Positions 10,057 to 20,415 of a DNA stretch of 64,000 nt are shown here, piece by piece. Origin of the DNA: an uncultured Acidobacteriota bacterium (GTDB lineage: Bacteria > Acidobacteriota > Vicinamibacteria > Vicinamibacterales > UBA8438); assembly GCA_913043225.1 (NCBI GenBank), contig CAJWLU010000005.1, positions 32,001 to 96,000 on the forward strand. Reading direction: 5' to 3'. Both the position numbers and the translations under genes were made by a program. Numbering within the stretch: the stretch's first letter is position 1; the number at the start of each line of letters is the position of its first letter. The notes beneath the pieces were generated by a model. It was not told where the DNA came from and made no database searches. It was given only the letters and a program-made list of their open reading frames with translations.

Positions 10057-11337
10057 ATGTCGCATCGATCCGCTCGGCGTACGCTGCTCTGTGTCGCCCT
10101 CTTACCGCTTTTGATGGCGGCCGCCTGTGGCGGAACTCCGCCGGCAGAACCTGAGCCGGCCGCCACCGACGCCATCGCCTACGAGGGAGCTCGGATTATC
10201 GTCGGGGACGGTACGGTGCTCGATAGCGGCACGCTTCTGGTCGAGGAGGACCGGCTTCTGGCGGTCGGCCCCTCCAATACGGTGACGGTGCCCGACGGCG
10301 CCGAACGGGTCGACCTCTCCGGACGGACGGTCATGCCGGCCATCATCGACACCCATGTTCATCTGCGGGAGGACGAGCGCGAGCCACTCATCGAAGACTT
10401 GCAACGCAAGGCCTACTACGGTGTAGGTGCGGTGCTCAGCCTGGGACGTGGCGTCAGTAACGTCGCGTTCGATCTTCAATCGAACCCAGTCGGAGGCGCC
10501 GCCGACTATCACACTGTCGGCCGCGGCATCACGGCCCCCGAGCCCGGACGTACGGAGGTCCCGAGCTGGATCACGACCGAAGAGGAAGCGCGCGCGGCGG
10601 TGCGTGAGCTCGGCACGCAGGACGTCGAGATGGTGAAGATCTGGGTTGATGATCGGGGCGATCAGTTCGACAAGCTCACGCCTGAGCTCTATGGCGCCGT
10701 CATCGACGAAGCGCACATTCAGGGGCTGAAAGTAACCGCCCACGTCTACAGCCTAGAAGACGCCAAAGGGCTGCTCGAAGCAGGGATCGACGCGTTCGCG
10801 CACGGCATTCGAGACATGGACGTCGACGAGGATGTCTTAGCGATGTTCGAGGATCGTCCCCACGTCGTGCTGGTCCCAAATCTCCCCGGCGCCGGGGTAG
10901 CCACCGACCTCGGCTGGATAAGCGGAACCATTCCCGCGGATCAGCTTGACGAAATGCAGGCTCGATCGGTAGACCAGCCCGACGCCCAGGAGGCGTTCGG
11001 CATCCAGGCCCGCAACCTGACCCGCCTGAACGAGGCGGGTGTCACCATCGCCTTTGGCACCGATGGCGGAGCCGGCTGGAGCCCGCATGCCGAGATGGAA
11101 GATATGGTGCGCGCTGGGATGTCACCCGCGGAAGTGCTGGTAGCGGCCACCGCCAACTCCGCGAATCTGCTCGGTCTCGACGATCAGGGAACCCTGCAGC
11201 CTGGCAAGCGAGCCGACTTCGTCGTGCTCGAGGCGAACCCGCTCGACGACATCACCAACACCCGCTCGATCGTGGATGTCTATCTGCGGGGCGAAGCGCT
11301 GGACCGTGCCGCACTCAGCGCGGCTTGGGTCAACTAG
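10057..11337 (+). CDS. Amidohydrolase-family lipoprotein
   Basis: AAGGAG RBS; lipobox-like MAAAC; DTHVH, GTDG, GKRADFVVLEANPL. Confidence 0.85.
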   Translation: MSHRSARRTLLCVALLPLLMAAACGGTPPAEPEPAATDAIAYEGARIIVGDGTVLDSGTLLVEEDRLLAVGPSNTVTVPDGAERVDLSGRTVMPAIIDTHVHLREDEREPLIEDLQRKAYYGVGAVLSLGRGVSNVAFDLQSNPVGGAADYHTVGRGITAPEPGRTEVPSWITTEEEARAAVRELGTQDVEMVKIWVDDRGDQFDKLTPELYGAVIDEAHIQGLKVTAHVYSLEDAKGLLEAGIDAFAHGIRDMDVDEDVLAMFEDRPHVVLVPNLPGAGVATDLGWISGTIPADQLDEMQARSVDQPDAQEAFGIQARNLTRLNEAGVTIAFGTDGGAGWSPHAEMEDMVRAGMSPAEVLVAATANSANLLGLDDQGTLQPGKRADFVVLEANPLDDITNTRSIVDVYLRGEALDRAALSAAWVN

Positions 11338-11343
11338 CGCACG

Positions 11344-12165
11344 CTACCGAGCGCCTTCGTACGCATCGAGCCCCTCGGTGAGTTCGACGCGGACGCCCGA
11401 TGGGTCGGTGAGGAACGCGACCTTCAGCCCCAATTCGTCGAGCTCGGTATAGTCGCGGTCAAGGGTCACGCCCTTCGCCTTGAGCGACTCAACCACGGCG
11501 CGCAGATCGTCGACCTCGAAGCCGACGTGATCGATCGCGCGACCCTCGCTGGGAGCGTGCTCACCCTGGGTGTTCCCAAAGCTCAGGTTCATCCCCGGCA
11601 CGTTCGCTGTCGTCTCGATTCGGCCGCGGGGCAGCCGCTCGAGCCCGAACATCTCGCCGTACCAGTCGAGCACCTCGTCGAACTGGGGCGTGAACCAGTG
11701 CACGTGGTAGGCTTCGACCTCCACCGGCAGCATTTGGTCTTCCTGTAGCTCGACCCGCACGCCGTCAGGGAGCGTCACATAGGCGTTGTGATGCCCCTCC
11801 GCCCCAGTGAACTCCGAATCCACCGTGTAGCCAGCGGCCTTCCACCGCTCGAGCCACGCCTCGGTGTTCCGCACTTTGACCCCGTAGTGATCCATCACCG
11901 ACCCCTGTGAGCCGCCAGTCGGGGTCTGCTCGGTAAAGGCGATCAAGGTCCCCGGCGTCCACACCCCTCGCAGCCGTCCTCTCCGGAATGGCGTCGCATC
12001 GAAGTGTTCCACCCAGATGCGCTCGTGCTCGTCGATATCGGACACGTTGAAGTGCACATGCCCGTAGACGATACCGGCGTCATCGGGGACGGCCAGTTGA
12101 GCCCAGGCTGGCGTTCCAAGCGCCAGCGCGATAACGGCGGCCAACCACGGCTTGATGCTGAGCAC
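11344..12165 (-). CDS. Secreted double-domain VOC/glyoxalase family protein
   Basis: GTG after AAGGAGG; signal peptide; HVHFNV, DHYGVKV, HVHWF, DHVGFEV, FLTDPSGVRVEL. Confidence 0.85.
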   Translation of the reverse strand: MLSIKPWLAAVIALALGTPAWAQLAVPDDAGIVYGHVHFNVSDIDEHERIWVEHFDATPFRRGRLRGVWTPGTLIAFTEQTPTGGSQGSVMDHYGVKVRNTEAWLERWKAAGYTVDSEFTGAEGHHNAYVTLPDGVRVELQEDQMLPVEVEAYHVHWFTPQFDEVLDWYGEMFGLERLPRGRIETTANVPGMNLSFGNTQGEHAPSEGRAIDHVGFEVDDLRAVVESLKAKGVTLDRDYTELDELGLKVAFLTDPSGVRVELTEGLDAYEGAR

Positions 12166-12236
12166 GTTCCCGTCCTCCTTGGTCAGACTTGATAGGGGCG
12201 TTAAGGCAGCTAGTAGTGTATCTTGCGACGACAGCG

Positions 12237-13361
12237 ATGCAACGAGTCTTGATCGTCCTCGGCGGCGCCCTCCTAGCATTGACCGCCTGCAGTCCCGCCC
12301 CGTCCTCGAGCGCCACCGAGACACTCCCTGCGGGTTTACCCGAGCCTGAGGACTCCGGCTCGCCCCGGTTCCGTGTCGACCCGTTCTGGGCCCGCGAGCT
12401 GCCGAACGATTGGATCCTCGGACAGGTCTCCGGCATCGACGTCGACGACCAGGACCATGTCTGGGTACTCCATCGTCCGCAGACTCTCGACGAGCGACAG
12501 CGCGGCGAGGAAGGCATGTGTTGTGTGGCGGCCCCACCCGTCATTGAACTCGACCCGGACGGAAACGTCGTGGGAGCCTGGGGCGGCCCCGGGGTGGGGT
12601 ACGACTGGCCGGAGAGCGAACACGGCATCCACGCCGACGACACGGGCCATATTTGGATCGGGGGCAACGGCGCCCGTGACGCGCACATCCTCAAGTTCGA
12701 GCGCGACGGAACCTTTCTGCTTCAGATTGGCGAACCAGGGGCGAGCCGCGGCAGCAACGACACCGAGAACCTGGGCAGGCCGGCGGGGATCCGGGTCGAT
12801 CCGGCAACGAACGAGGTCTATGTGGCCGATGGCTACGGCAACCGGCGGGTCATCGTCTTCGATGCCGACACGGGCGAGTACCGCCGGCACTGGGGTGCCT
12901 ACGGCGAGCCACCCGACGACGTCGAGCTACTGCCGTATGACCCTGCGGCCGAACCGATTCGCCACTATCGAAGTCCGGTGCACGATGTCGCCATCGCCGA
13001 CGACGGGCTCGTCTATGTGGCTGACCGGACGAACAATCGAATTCAAGTGTTCCAGAAGGACGGGACCTTCATCACCGAATCGTGGATCCATCCCGAAACC
13101 CTCGGTAGCGGGAGCACCTCAGGGGTCGCACTCTCTAAGGACCCTAACCAACAGTGGCTGTTCGTGCCCGACGGGACCAACAACGTGATCTGGGTCGTCG
13201 ACCGCACCACTCTCGAAGTACGCGACAACATCGGGCGACTAGGCAAGCGCGCCGGTCAGTTCTATCGCCTCCACAACGTAGCCGTCGACTCGCGCGGCAA
13301 CCTGTACACCACCGAGGTCAATGTCGGGCAACGGTTCCAGAAATTCAACCGCCTGCCCTGA
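12237..13361 (+). CDS. NHL-repeat beta-propeller lipoprotein (peptidyl-alpha-hydroxyglycine lyase-like)
   Basis: Lipobox LTAC; VYVADGYGNRRVIVFD and VYVADRTNNRIQVF repeats. Confidence 0.8.
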   Translation: MQRVLIVLGGALLALTACSPAPSSSATETLPAGLPEPEDSGSPRFRVDPFWARELPNDWILGQVSGIDVDDQDHVWVLHRPQTLDERQRGEEGMCCVAAPPVIELDPDGNVVGAWGGPGVGYDWPESEHGIHADDTGHIWIGGNGARDAHILKFERDGTFLLQIGEPGASRGSNDTENLGRPAGIRVDPATNEVYVADGYGNRRVIVFDADTGEYRRHWGAYGEPPDDVELLPYDPAAEPIRHYRSPVHDVAIADDGLVYVADRTNNRIQVFQKDGTFITESWIHPETLGSGSTSGVALSKDPNQQWLFVPDGTNNVIWVVDRTTLEVRDNIGRLGKRAGQFYRLHNVAVDSRGNLYTTEVNVGQRFQKFNRLP

Positions 13362-13388
13362 TTGAGCCTGCAGATGCATTACCAATAG

Positions 13389-15437
13389 ATGACATCAAGA
13401 CCTTCGCGATGTATCGCACCGCTCCTCGCCGTCACGCTATTCTCTGGCTCGGCGCTAGCCCAGCAGGGCGCCGGCGACGAATGGCGCAGTCACTCGGCCG
13501 ACAACGGCGCCACCAAGTACTCGTCTCTTGACCAGATCACGGCAGATAACTTTGAAGACCTCCAAATCGCCTGGCGATGGGACACCGCCGACACTCATCT
13601 AAGTTGGCCCACGCCAGGTGGCCCATCCCTACTCCCCGCTGAAACGGTTTTCGATTTTCTGGAAGCGGAGAACCCCGATCGATGGGCCGACTGGGACGGG
13701 ATCAACCGGTCGCGCTCCCAACCTTCGATTCGCGCGCTCGTCGCCACTCCGCTGATGGTCGACGGTGTCCTGTATGTGACCACCGCCCTCTACCGGGGTG
13801 CAGCGATTGACGCGCGCACTGGCCGGACGCTCTGGGTGCACGACCCACGCGCCTACGAGTCAGGCTCGCCCCCGCCGCTCCCCTGGCGACACCGCGGCCC
13901 CGCCTACTGGGAATCAGGCGACGAGGCCCGCCTCTTCTGGGGCACCGGCGACGGCTATCTCGTCGCGGTAGACGCCGGCACCGGGGTGCCGGCGGCAGAG
14001 TTCGGGGAAGGTGGCCGTGTCGATCTGTATGACGGGCTGCCCCGGGCCACGCGAGGTCAGCTTGATGCACTAAACCTGCTTCCGCTCGGATCGCAGTCTC
14101 CGCCGATCGTCGTGGGTGATAAGGTGATCGTCGGCTCCTCCATCAACGACCGCGCGCTCCTAAAGGAGGCGCCGCCCGGATGGGTCAGGGCCTACGACGT
14201 CCGCACTGGGCGACACAAGTGGGACTTCCATACTGTGCCCCAAAGCGCCGACGAGTTCGGCGCCGACACCTGGCTGAACGACGCCTGGCGATATTCGGGC
14301 AACACCAACGTCTGGTCGCTTATGAGCGCAGACGCCGACCTCGGCTACGTGTACCTCCCGATCGGCACCGCGACCAATGACTACTACGGCGGCGACCGCC
14401 TCGGCGACAACCTCTTCTCCGAGAGCCTGGTTGCGGTCGACGCCGAAACGGGCCAACGCCAGTGGCACTTCCAGATGGTGCACCACGGGCTCTGGGACTA
14501 CGACCTACCGGCCGCCCCCAATCTGATGAACATCCAGGTGGACGGCCGCGACGTACGCGCGGTGGCTCAGGTCAGCAAACAGGGCTTCGTCTACACGTTC
14601 GATCGGGTCACTGGCGAGCCGATCTGGCCGATCGAGGAACGCCCGGTGGAGACCGACACCAATCTCGAAGGCGAAGTGGTATCGCCGAGCCAGCCGTTTC
14701 CCACTCGCCCGGCGGCCTTCGAATATCAGGGCACCGCCATCGACGACCTGATCGACTTTACCCCCGAGATCCGTCAGCTGGCGATCGACGCCGTCGACGG
14801 CTTCCGCCTGGGCCCCCTATTTACGCCACAGATGCTCGCCGGCACCGTGATGCGCCCCTCGGTCGGTGGCGGGGCCAACTGGTCTGGCGCAGCTGCCGAT
14901 CCCGAGACTGGCCTGCTGTATATCCCGTCGGTCAACGCCCACTCCACGATCGGCCTCAGCCCGCCCGGCCCGGGTGAGGAACAAGCGACGTTGCGCTACC
15001 TCCGTCGGTCACTGAGCGCCGGCCCCGTCATGCCACGAGGGCTGCCGCTGTGGAAACCGCCGTATTCGCGGATGACGGCCATCGACATGAACTCCGGGGA
15101 GCACGCCTGGATGACGCCACTCGGGAACGGTGACCGTATCAGGAATCACCCGCTACTACGTGACCTAGGCCTTCCGCCACTCGGCGGCGATTGGGGGCGT
15201 ACCGGCCCCCTGCTCACCCGCACACTGCTTATCCAGGCGCTCGTCGCGGGGGGTACCGAGGGAGGCCCTCGCCTGGTCGCCTACGACAAGGCCACGGGTA
15301 CGGAGGTCGGAACGCTCGACCTTCCAAGCAGCGTGCTGGGTGCACCGATGACCTACCGGCTCGGCGACACCCAGTATCTCGCCATGACCCTCGGGGGTCA
15401 GGTGCCAGGCTTGATCGCGCTGCACCTTCCGCAGTAG
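13389..15437 (+). CDS. Periplasmic PQQ-dependent (glucose dehydrogenase-like) quinoprotein
   Basis: TKYSSLDQIT, TPLMVDGVLYV, HHGLWDYDLPAAP, KPPYSRMTAID; signal peptide without the N-terminal TM bundle. Confidence 0.88.
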   Translation: MTSRPSRCIAPLLAVTLFSGSALAQQGAGDEWRSHSADNGATKYSSLDQITADNFEDLQIAWRWDTADTHLSWPTPGGPSLLPAETVFDFLEAENPDRWADWDGINRSRSQPSIRALVATPLMVDGVLYVTTALYRGAAIDARTGRTLWVHDPRAYESGSPPPLPWRHRGPAYWESGDEARLFWGTGDGYLVAVDAGTGVPAAEFGEGGRVDLYDGLPRATRGQLDALNLLPLGSQSPPIVVGDKVIVGSSINDRALLKEAPPGWVRAYDVRTGRHKWDFHTVPQSADEFGADTWLNDAWRYSGNTNVWSLMSADADLGYVYLPIGTATNDYYGGDRLGDNLFSESLVAVDAETGQRQWHFQMVHHGLWDYDLPAAPNLMNIQVDGRDVRAVAQVSKQGFVYTFDRVTGEPIWPIEERPVETDTNLEGEVVSPSQPFPTRPAAFEYQGTAIDDLIDFTPEIRQLAIDAVDGFRLGPLFTPQMLAGTVMRPSVGGGANWSGAAADPETGLLYIPSVNAHSTIGLSPPGPGEEQATLRYLRRSLSAGPVMPRGLPLWKPPYSRMTAIDMNSGEHAWMTPLGNGDRIRNHPLLRDLGLPPLGGDWGRTGPLLTRTLLIQALVAGGTEGGPRLVAYDKATGTEVGTLDLPSSVLGAPMTYRLGDTQYLAMTLGGQVPGLIALHLPQ

Positions 15438-15447
15438 CGTCGCACAG

Positions 15448-16572
15448 ATGTCACTGCACTTCACCGAGCGTCAATCCCGCACAATCGCGGCCGCCATCAC
15501 CACGCTGTCAGCGCTGGTGATTCTCGTGGTCGTCGGCTTGCTCGCTTGGCTGGCCGCTTCGTTCCTGCGCGCCTTTTCCGGCGTCTTTCTGCCGCTGACG
15601 GTCGGCGCGGTGGCGGCAGTGGTCTCCCGGCCGTACTACGAGTGGCTTCGGAACTCGGCCAGGCTCGGGATGACCCTCGCCGTGGTGGCCGTGTTCCTGT
15701 CGGCGTTGATCCCCCTCGGGCTGTTCGGATGGTTTTTCGGGCGGATCGTGCTTGACCAGCTCGTCGGCCTTATCGCCCAAGCACCGGCGTGGTGGGACGC
15801 GGTCGAGGCCTGGCTCGAAGACCAGACCCCTCGGGCGACGGCGTTGCTAGACGGTCCCGGCAGACAACAGGTCGGCGAACTCATCGCCTCGCAGCAGGAA
15901 GCGCTCCTGGGTTGGCTCCAATCGCTGGGTAATCAGGTCGTAGCGGCCAGTCTCGGTTTCGCCCGTGGGATCGGCACCCTGCTCTCGTGGGTAATCACCC
16001 CCGTGTACTTCGCCTATTTCCTCACTACCGCGGGCATCAGGTTCGATACCGAAAAGGTTCTGCCGTTCCTCAAGCCAGACACGCGGAACGACGTCAAGTA
16101 TCTGGTGCTGGAGTTCATCGAAATCGTGGTGGTCTTCTTCCGAGGCCAGATGCTGATCGCGTTTCTACAGGGCATCCTCTATGCCGTCGGGTTCACAGCG
16201 ATCGGACTCCGCTACGGCTTCGTGATCGGCCTAGTGTTGGGCCTGCTCAATGTGATCCCGTATCTGGGCAGCATTGTCGGCCTGGCAATTGCCATCCCGC
16301 TGGCGCTCGTCCAGCCCGACGGCGGCCTCACGCTGATCGGGCTCACACTGGTGGTGTTCATCGTTGTCCAACAGGTCGAAGGGTGGTACCTAACGCCAAA
16401 GATCATGGGTAATCGCACCGGCCTCCACTTCATGGCGATTATCGTCGCCATCTTCTTCTGGGGCACCGCTCTGGGCGGCATCCCCGGGATGATTCTCGCG
16501 ATCCCACTCACCGCCTTCCTGGCATCACTGTGGCGCCTGGCCCGCCAGAAGTGGATTGCCGAAATTCTTTGA
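15448..16572 (+). CDS. AI-2E (PerM) family transporter
   Basis: Multiple TM helices; FFRGQMLIA, IPYLG, QQVEGWYLTPKIMG, GMILAIPLTA. Confidence 0.9.
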   Translation: MSLHFTERQSRTIAAAITTLSALVILVVVGLLAWLAASFLRAFSGVFLPLTVGAVAAVVSRPYYEWLRNSARLGMTLAVVAVFLSALIPLGLFGWFFGRIVLDQLVGLIAQAPAWWDAVEAWLEDQTPRATALLDGPGRQQVGELIASQQEALLGWLQSLGNQVVAASLGFARGIGTLLSWVITPVYFAYFLTTAGIRFDTEKVLPFLKPDTRNDVKYLVLEFIEIVVVFFRGQMLIAFLQGILYAVGFTAIGLRYGFVIGLVLGLLNVIPYLGSIVGLAIAIPLALVQPDGGLTLIGLTLVVFIVVQQVEGWYLTPKIMGNRTGLHFMAIIVAIFFWGTALGGIPGMILAIPLTAFLASLWRLARQKWIAEIL

Positions 16573-17135
16573 CCCCATGCCTCCACCCCACTCGTCTACG
16601 CACATGAGTGGTACCGCGCTAATGCTAGGCGGCGGCATTGCGCAAAGACCGCTCGCTCTCTCCATATCCAGACTCCGGCCGGCCTGGCGTATCCGATATT
16701 GGCGGGTCTCAGACCGAAGGACGTAACGTCACCCGGACCAACGGTCCGGACGGCGAACTCGTCTGGGCCTGCGCCGATAGCACAACCGGCGAGCCTCACT
16801 ATGAGGTGCCCTCAGGCAAGGAGCTATGTGCCCGGGGCGTCTTGTGGGAGGTGCAGGGCGAGGCGAGCACCCACGGCCCAAATCCAAATAATGAACACCA
16901 CACGTCACGGCGTAACCCTCCTACTCGGTGTAGGCCGTGTCTCGTCGCTCAACGCGGACGGGTAGGCATCAGGTCTAACTTCGTTCTGCGCCTGGCCCCG
17001 AATCTCGGTTAACGGTTAGCTCGAGCTGAGGTCCCCGGGATGCGCACAGCTATCATCAGCATCTACGGAGCGAGTTGCCAACCGGGCTGTGGCCCTCTGC
17101 TCTCCACAGCGCACACCTAGCGCGCCAGCCGACCG

Positions 17136-18869
17136 TTAGCCTCGGATCATCCGCGGCAGGAGCATGTGGTGACGGGGACAGATGGACGCCGGGTGTTGAT
17201 ACGCCGCCCCGGTAAAGGCCTGGAGATAGCGACGCAGCTCGGGCAATGGCACCACCTCGTCTACGAAGCCGTGCTGGGCGCAGTAGGCGGGCCGTGACGT
17301 CTGATCGTAGTGCTCGACAAGCTGGTTCATCTTGTCAATAACCGGCTCGAGCGACCGACCCGCCGCCTGCTCCTTCGCGGCCCGCCTGGAGTAGGTGGCC
17401 ACCGCGGCCGTCTCGCCGTGCATCACCTCGATTCGCGTCGCCGCCGTGCCCAGTGTGAACGCGTTGTGCCGGTTGGCGGTTGGCCCCCCCATGACGTAGT
17501 GCGCTGCAGCGGTGCCCTTTCGCAGCACGACTAGCATCATCGGCACGCCCGTCTGCTGGATCGAGTAGATCACGGCCTGCCCAAGTCCCAGCACCTCGGC
17601 CCGCTCAGCAGCCTCGCCCACATCGATGCCCGACGTGTCCTGGAACCACACGATCGGCAACCGGTCACGCCCGCACAGCGTGACGAACTCATTCATCTTG
17701 ATGAGCCCCTGCCGATACAGCTTGCCACCGATGCCGGGATAGTCGCCGTACTCCGGATAGTCCTTGCCGAGATAGCCTTGGCGGTTCCCGATGCAGCCGA
17801 CTAGCCGACCGTCTACCTTGCAGACCCCAGCAAACACTTCTGGCCCATAGTCCGGCCGGAATTCAAGACGCTCGCTTCCGTCTACCAGACGCGCCAGCAC
17901 TTCGTCGAAATCGTAGACCTCTTTTTGGTGAGCTGGCAGCAGGTGATACAAATCCTCGGGCGGGAAAGCGGGCGGACGGGCCTCTGCAGCCCGAAAGAAC
18001 TCCTCGCCGTAGGCCGGCACCGCACGCATGTACTCCTTCAGCCCGTCCAGGACCCCCGTTTCTTCCTCGTAGACCCGGGTAAAAAACCCAGTGCCATCAT
18101 GGTGAGTGGAGACGTCGCCTGGCGGACGCGCCGTGAAGTCCTTCATCTTAGCGATCAGGTCCTCGACCATCGCCGCATCGAATCCGCCTTTGGGAGCCAT
18201 GCCAGACACAATGCCAACCCCGCCGACGGCCATGTTGGCATCCTTGTGCGCCAGCAGAACCGTGGGACTGATCGACTGGTACCCGCCCCCGGCGGGATTC
18301 GTGCCATAGATGCCGGCGAGCACCGGAATCCCAGCCTGTTCTAACTCGGCGTGGCGAAAGAACGGCGTTCCGGCGCCACGCCGGTTGGCGTAAAACTTCT
18401 CCTGCTCTGGCAGCTTCGCGCCGCTGCAGTTCACCAGCCAGACAAGCGGAATATTCAGTCGAGCCGCCAGATCAGTCGCCCGGAGAATATTCTCCGACTG
18501 GCCCGGCAGCCAGGCCCCGGCGATGACCTTGTTGTCAAATCCGATGATGACGGCCCAGCGGCCTTCAATCCGACCGAGCCCATCGACGACATTGGTCGTC
18601 CCCTTGGTGTTCTCTTCAGGATTATAGAGAGTGTGTAGCGGATGCCAGGTGCCCTCGTCGACCAGATACTCGAGCCGCTGATAGACGGTCATCCACCCGC
18701 GCTGGTTAATCTTCTCGGTCGAGAACCCGGCCTCTTCAACCGCCTGAGTCGCCTCGGCGATCTCGGCCTCGACCCCCTGCAGCGCCTCGGCGCTCGCGAC
18801 CGTTCGCTTCTTCCGGCCAGGCTTGAGCGCCTTGCCGAACGCGTCCATCCGTTCGAAGTAGGGTTTCAT
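17136..18869 (-). CDS. gcdA: Glutaconyl-CoA decarboxylase alpha (carboxyltransferase) subunit
   Basis: Carboxyltransferase with NCSGAKL, GTNPAGGGY, GGKLYRQGL, RKGTAAAHYVMGGP, VMHGETAA and CPRHHMLLPR motifs typical of GcdA. Confidence 0.9.
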   Translation of the reverse strand: MKPYFERMDAFGKALKPGRKKRTVASAEALQGVEAEIAEATQAVEEAGFSTEKINQRGWMTVYQRLEYLVDEGTWHPLHTLYNPEENTKGTTNVVDGLGRIEGRWAVIIGFDNKVIAGAWLPGQSENILRATDLAARLNIPLVWLVNCSGAKLPEQEKFYANRRGAGTPFFRHAELEQAGIPVLAGIYGTNPAGGGYQSISPTVLLAHKDANMAVGGVGIVSGMAPKGGFDAAMVEDLIAKMKDFTARPPGDVSTHHDGTGFFTRVYEEETGVLDGLKEYMRAVPAYGEEFFRAAEARPPAFPPEDLYHLLPAHQKEVYDFDEVLARLVDGSERLEFRPDYGPEVFAGVCKVDGRLVGCIGNRQGYLGKDYPEYGDYPGIGGKLYRQGLIKMNEFVTLCGRDRLPIVWFQDTSGIDVGEAAERAEVLGLGQAVIYSIQQTGVPMMLVVLRKGTAAAHYVMGGPTANRHNAFTLGTAATRIEVMHGETAAVATYSRRAAKEQAAGRSLEPVIDKMNQLVEHYDQTSRPAYCAQHGFVDEVVPLPELRRYLQAFTGAAYQHPASICPRHHMLLPRMIRG

Positions 18870-18876
18870 GCTGGCA

Positions 18877-20034
18877 CTACCGATTCGGGGTATGTCCGCA
18901 GGCTATACCCGAGATAATCAGTTTCTGCACGTTAGACGTGCCTTCGACCACCTGCAACGACTTGGCATCCCGATAGAGCCGCTCGGCGCCGTACTCGGTC
19001 GAGTAACCGTAGGAACCAAAGATCTTCATGCACTCGTTGGCGACATGCACCGCCGCCTCCGAGGCCAGGTATTTCGCCATCGACGTCTCGTACTGATTCG
19101 GCTTACCCTGATCCTTCAGCCAAGCGGCGCGATACACGAGCATCCGGGCAGCCTCGTGCTCGACCGCCATCTCCGCAATCTGAGCCTGGACCATCTGATG
19201 GTGTGAGATCGGTTTACCGAACTGGGTCCGCTCGTTCGCATAGTCGATGGACAACTCAAGTGCAGCGCCCGCCACCCCAAGGGCGCCGGCCGCACACCCT
19301 AGGCGGGTATTGTTGAGCTGCCACATGCAGATCTTGAAGCCTTGGCCAGGTTCACCGAGCAGGGCATCCTTGGGCAGCCGGGTGCCGTTGAAGGCCATCT
19401 CGCCGGTTGGCGCACAATAGAGGCCGAGCTTCGTCTCGATGTCGGTGGCCGCAAGATCGTTCACCTTCTTCGGCTCGAGGATAAACGCGCTCATGCCTCG
19501 GTGTCTCTTCTCGGGGTCGGTCATGACGTAGAGCAAACCGGCATCCCCCTGACTCGCGTTCGACACCCAGATCTTGTTGCCCCGGAGCTCCCAGTGGTCG
19601 CCCATGTCTCGAGCGACTGTTTTCATGCTCGCGACATCAGATCCGCTCTCTGGCTCGGTCATGCCAAAAAAGCCGATCTGGCTTCCATCGACCCAGCCAG
19701 GGATGAACTTCTGCTTCTGCTCTTCGGTACCGAACTTTGCCACGGTCAGCGAGGGCCCGAGGTTCTGCATGTTGAACGGCAGCCGCCACGAAGCCGACAC
19801 ACGAGCCACCTGCTCGGCCATCAAGACCGATTCCATGAAGCCGAACCCCGTGCCGCCATACGTCTCTGGCACCGCGCACGAGAAGAACCCGAGCTCGCCC
19901 ATTCGGGCAACGCGATCGGTGCGGAACTCGTGATTCCGCTCCTCCTCCTGCAAGGTGGGCTTGATGTCGTTCTCGGCGAATTCTCGCGCCGTCTCCTGGA
20001 CCAGCCTCTGCTCTTCCGTCAGCTCGAACCGCAT
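18877..20034 (-). CDS. acd: Glutaryl-CoA dehydrogenase, non-decarboxylating type
   Basis: Acyl-CoA dehydrogenase (MTEPESGSD, RTQFGKPI); VVEGTSN has Val rather than Tyr before the catalytic Glu; WRLPFNMQ Arg/Asn pair; flanked by gcd genes. Confidence 0.85.
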   Translation of the reverse strand: MRFELTEEQRLVQETAREFAENDIKPTLQEEERNHEFRTDRVARMGELGFFSCAVPETYGGTGFGFMESVLMAEQVARVSASWRLPFNMQNLGPSLTVAKFGTEEQKQKFIPGWVDGSQIGFFGMTEPESGSDVASMKTVARDMGDHWELRGNKIWVSNASQGDAGLLYVMTDPEKRHRGMSAFILEPKKVNDLAATDIETKLGLYCAPTGEMAFNGTRLPKDALLGEPGQGFKICMWQLNNTRLGCAAGALGVAGAALELSIDYANERTQFGKPISHHQMVQAQIAEMAVEHEAARMLVYRAAWLKDQGKPNQYETSMAKYLASEAAVHVANECMKIFGSYGYSTEYGAERLYRDAKSLQVVEGTSNVQKLIISGIACGHTPNR

Positions 20035-20079
20035 CGTCTTGCCTGACCTCTCGCCTGTCCGGTGCTTCGCCCGGTCGGT

Positions 20080-20298
20080 CTATCCGTTGATGGTGGCCAG
20101 GGTGTCGTCTTCCTCCACCTGGTCACCGACCTTTACCGCCAACGCGGTCACCTCGCCATCCAAGGGCGCATAGACGACCGTTTCCATCTTCATCGCCTCG
20201 AGGACCAGCACCTCGTCGTCCTCCTCGACGGTATCGCCCACCGAGACCGCGACCGACAACACCTTCCCCGCCAACGGCGCCAACACGTCTTCAGCCAT
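20080..20298 (-). CDS. gcdC: Biotin carboxyl carrier subunit of the decarboxylase (72 aa)
   Basis: APLAGKV...LEAMKMET biotinylation motif. Confidence 0.9.
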   Translation of the reverse strand: MAEDVLAPLAGKVLSVAVSVGDTVEEDDEVLVLEAMKMETVVYAPLDGEVTALAVKVGDQVEEDDTLATING

Positions 20299-20348
20299 AT
20301 CGTCGTCCCTGCCATTCGACCGGAGACGGCGTAGCTCTCCGGCTTTCT

Positions 20349-20402
20349 CCTGTCTCCTGACTCGTGGCCCGGCCGGCTAAACCGGCGAACCCTGTCTCCT
20401 GA
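20349..20402. repeat. 12-bp direct repeat CCTGTCTCCTGA x2 flanking a small hairpin
   Basis: Copies at 20349-20360 and 20391-20402; spacer contains GCCGG-CTAAA-CCGGC. Confidence 0.7.
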
Positions 20403-20415
20403 GTGCGCTCGGACG

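Noticed and set aside
14480..14520. WDYD motif in the PQQ dehydrogenase as a lanthanide-binding signature
   Set aside because: The protein is glucose-dehydrogenase-like, and a D-x-D at this position also occurs in non-lanthanide members of that family, so it is not diagnostic
20349..20402. Mini-CRISPR (repeat-30 nt-repeat)
   Set aside because: Only two 12-bp repeats, too short, and no cas genes
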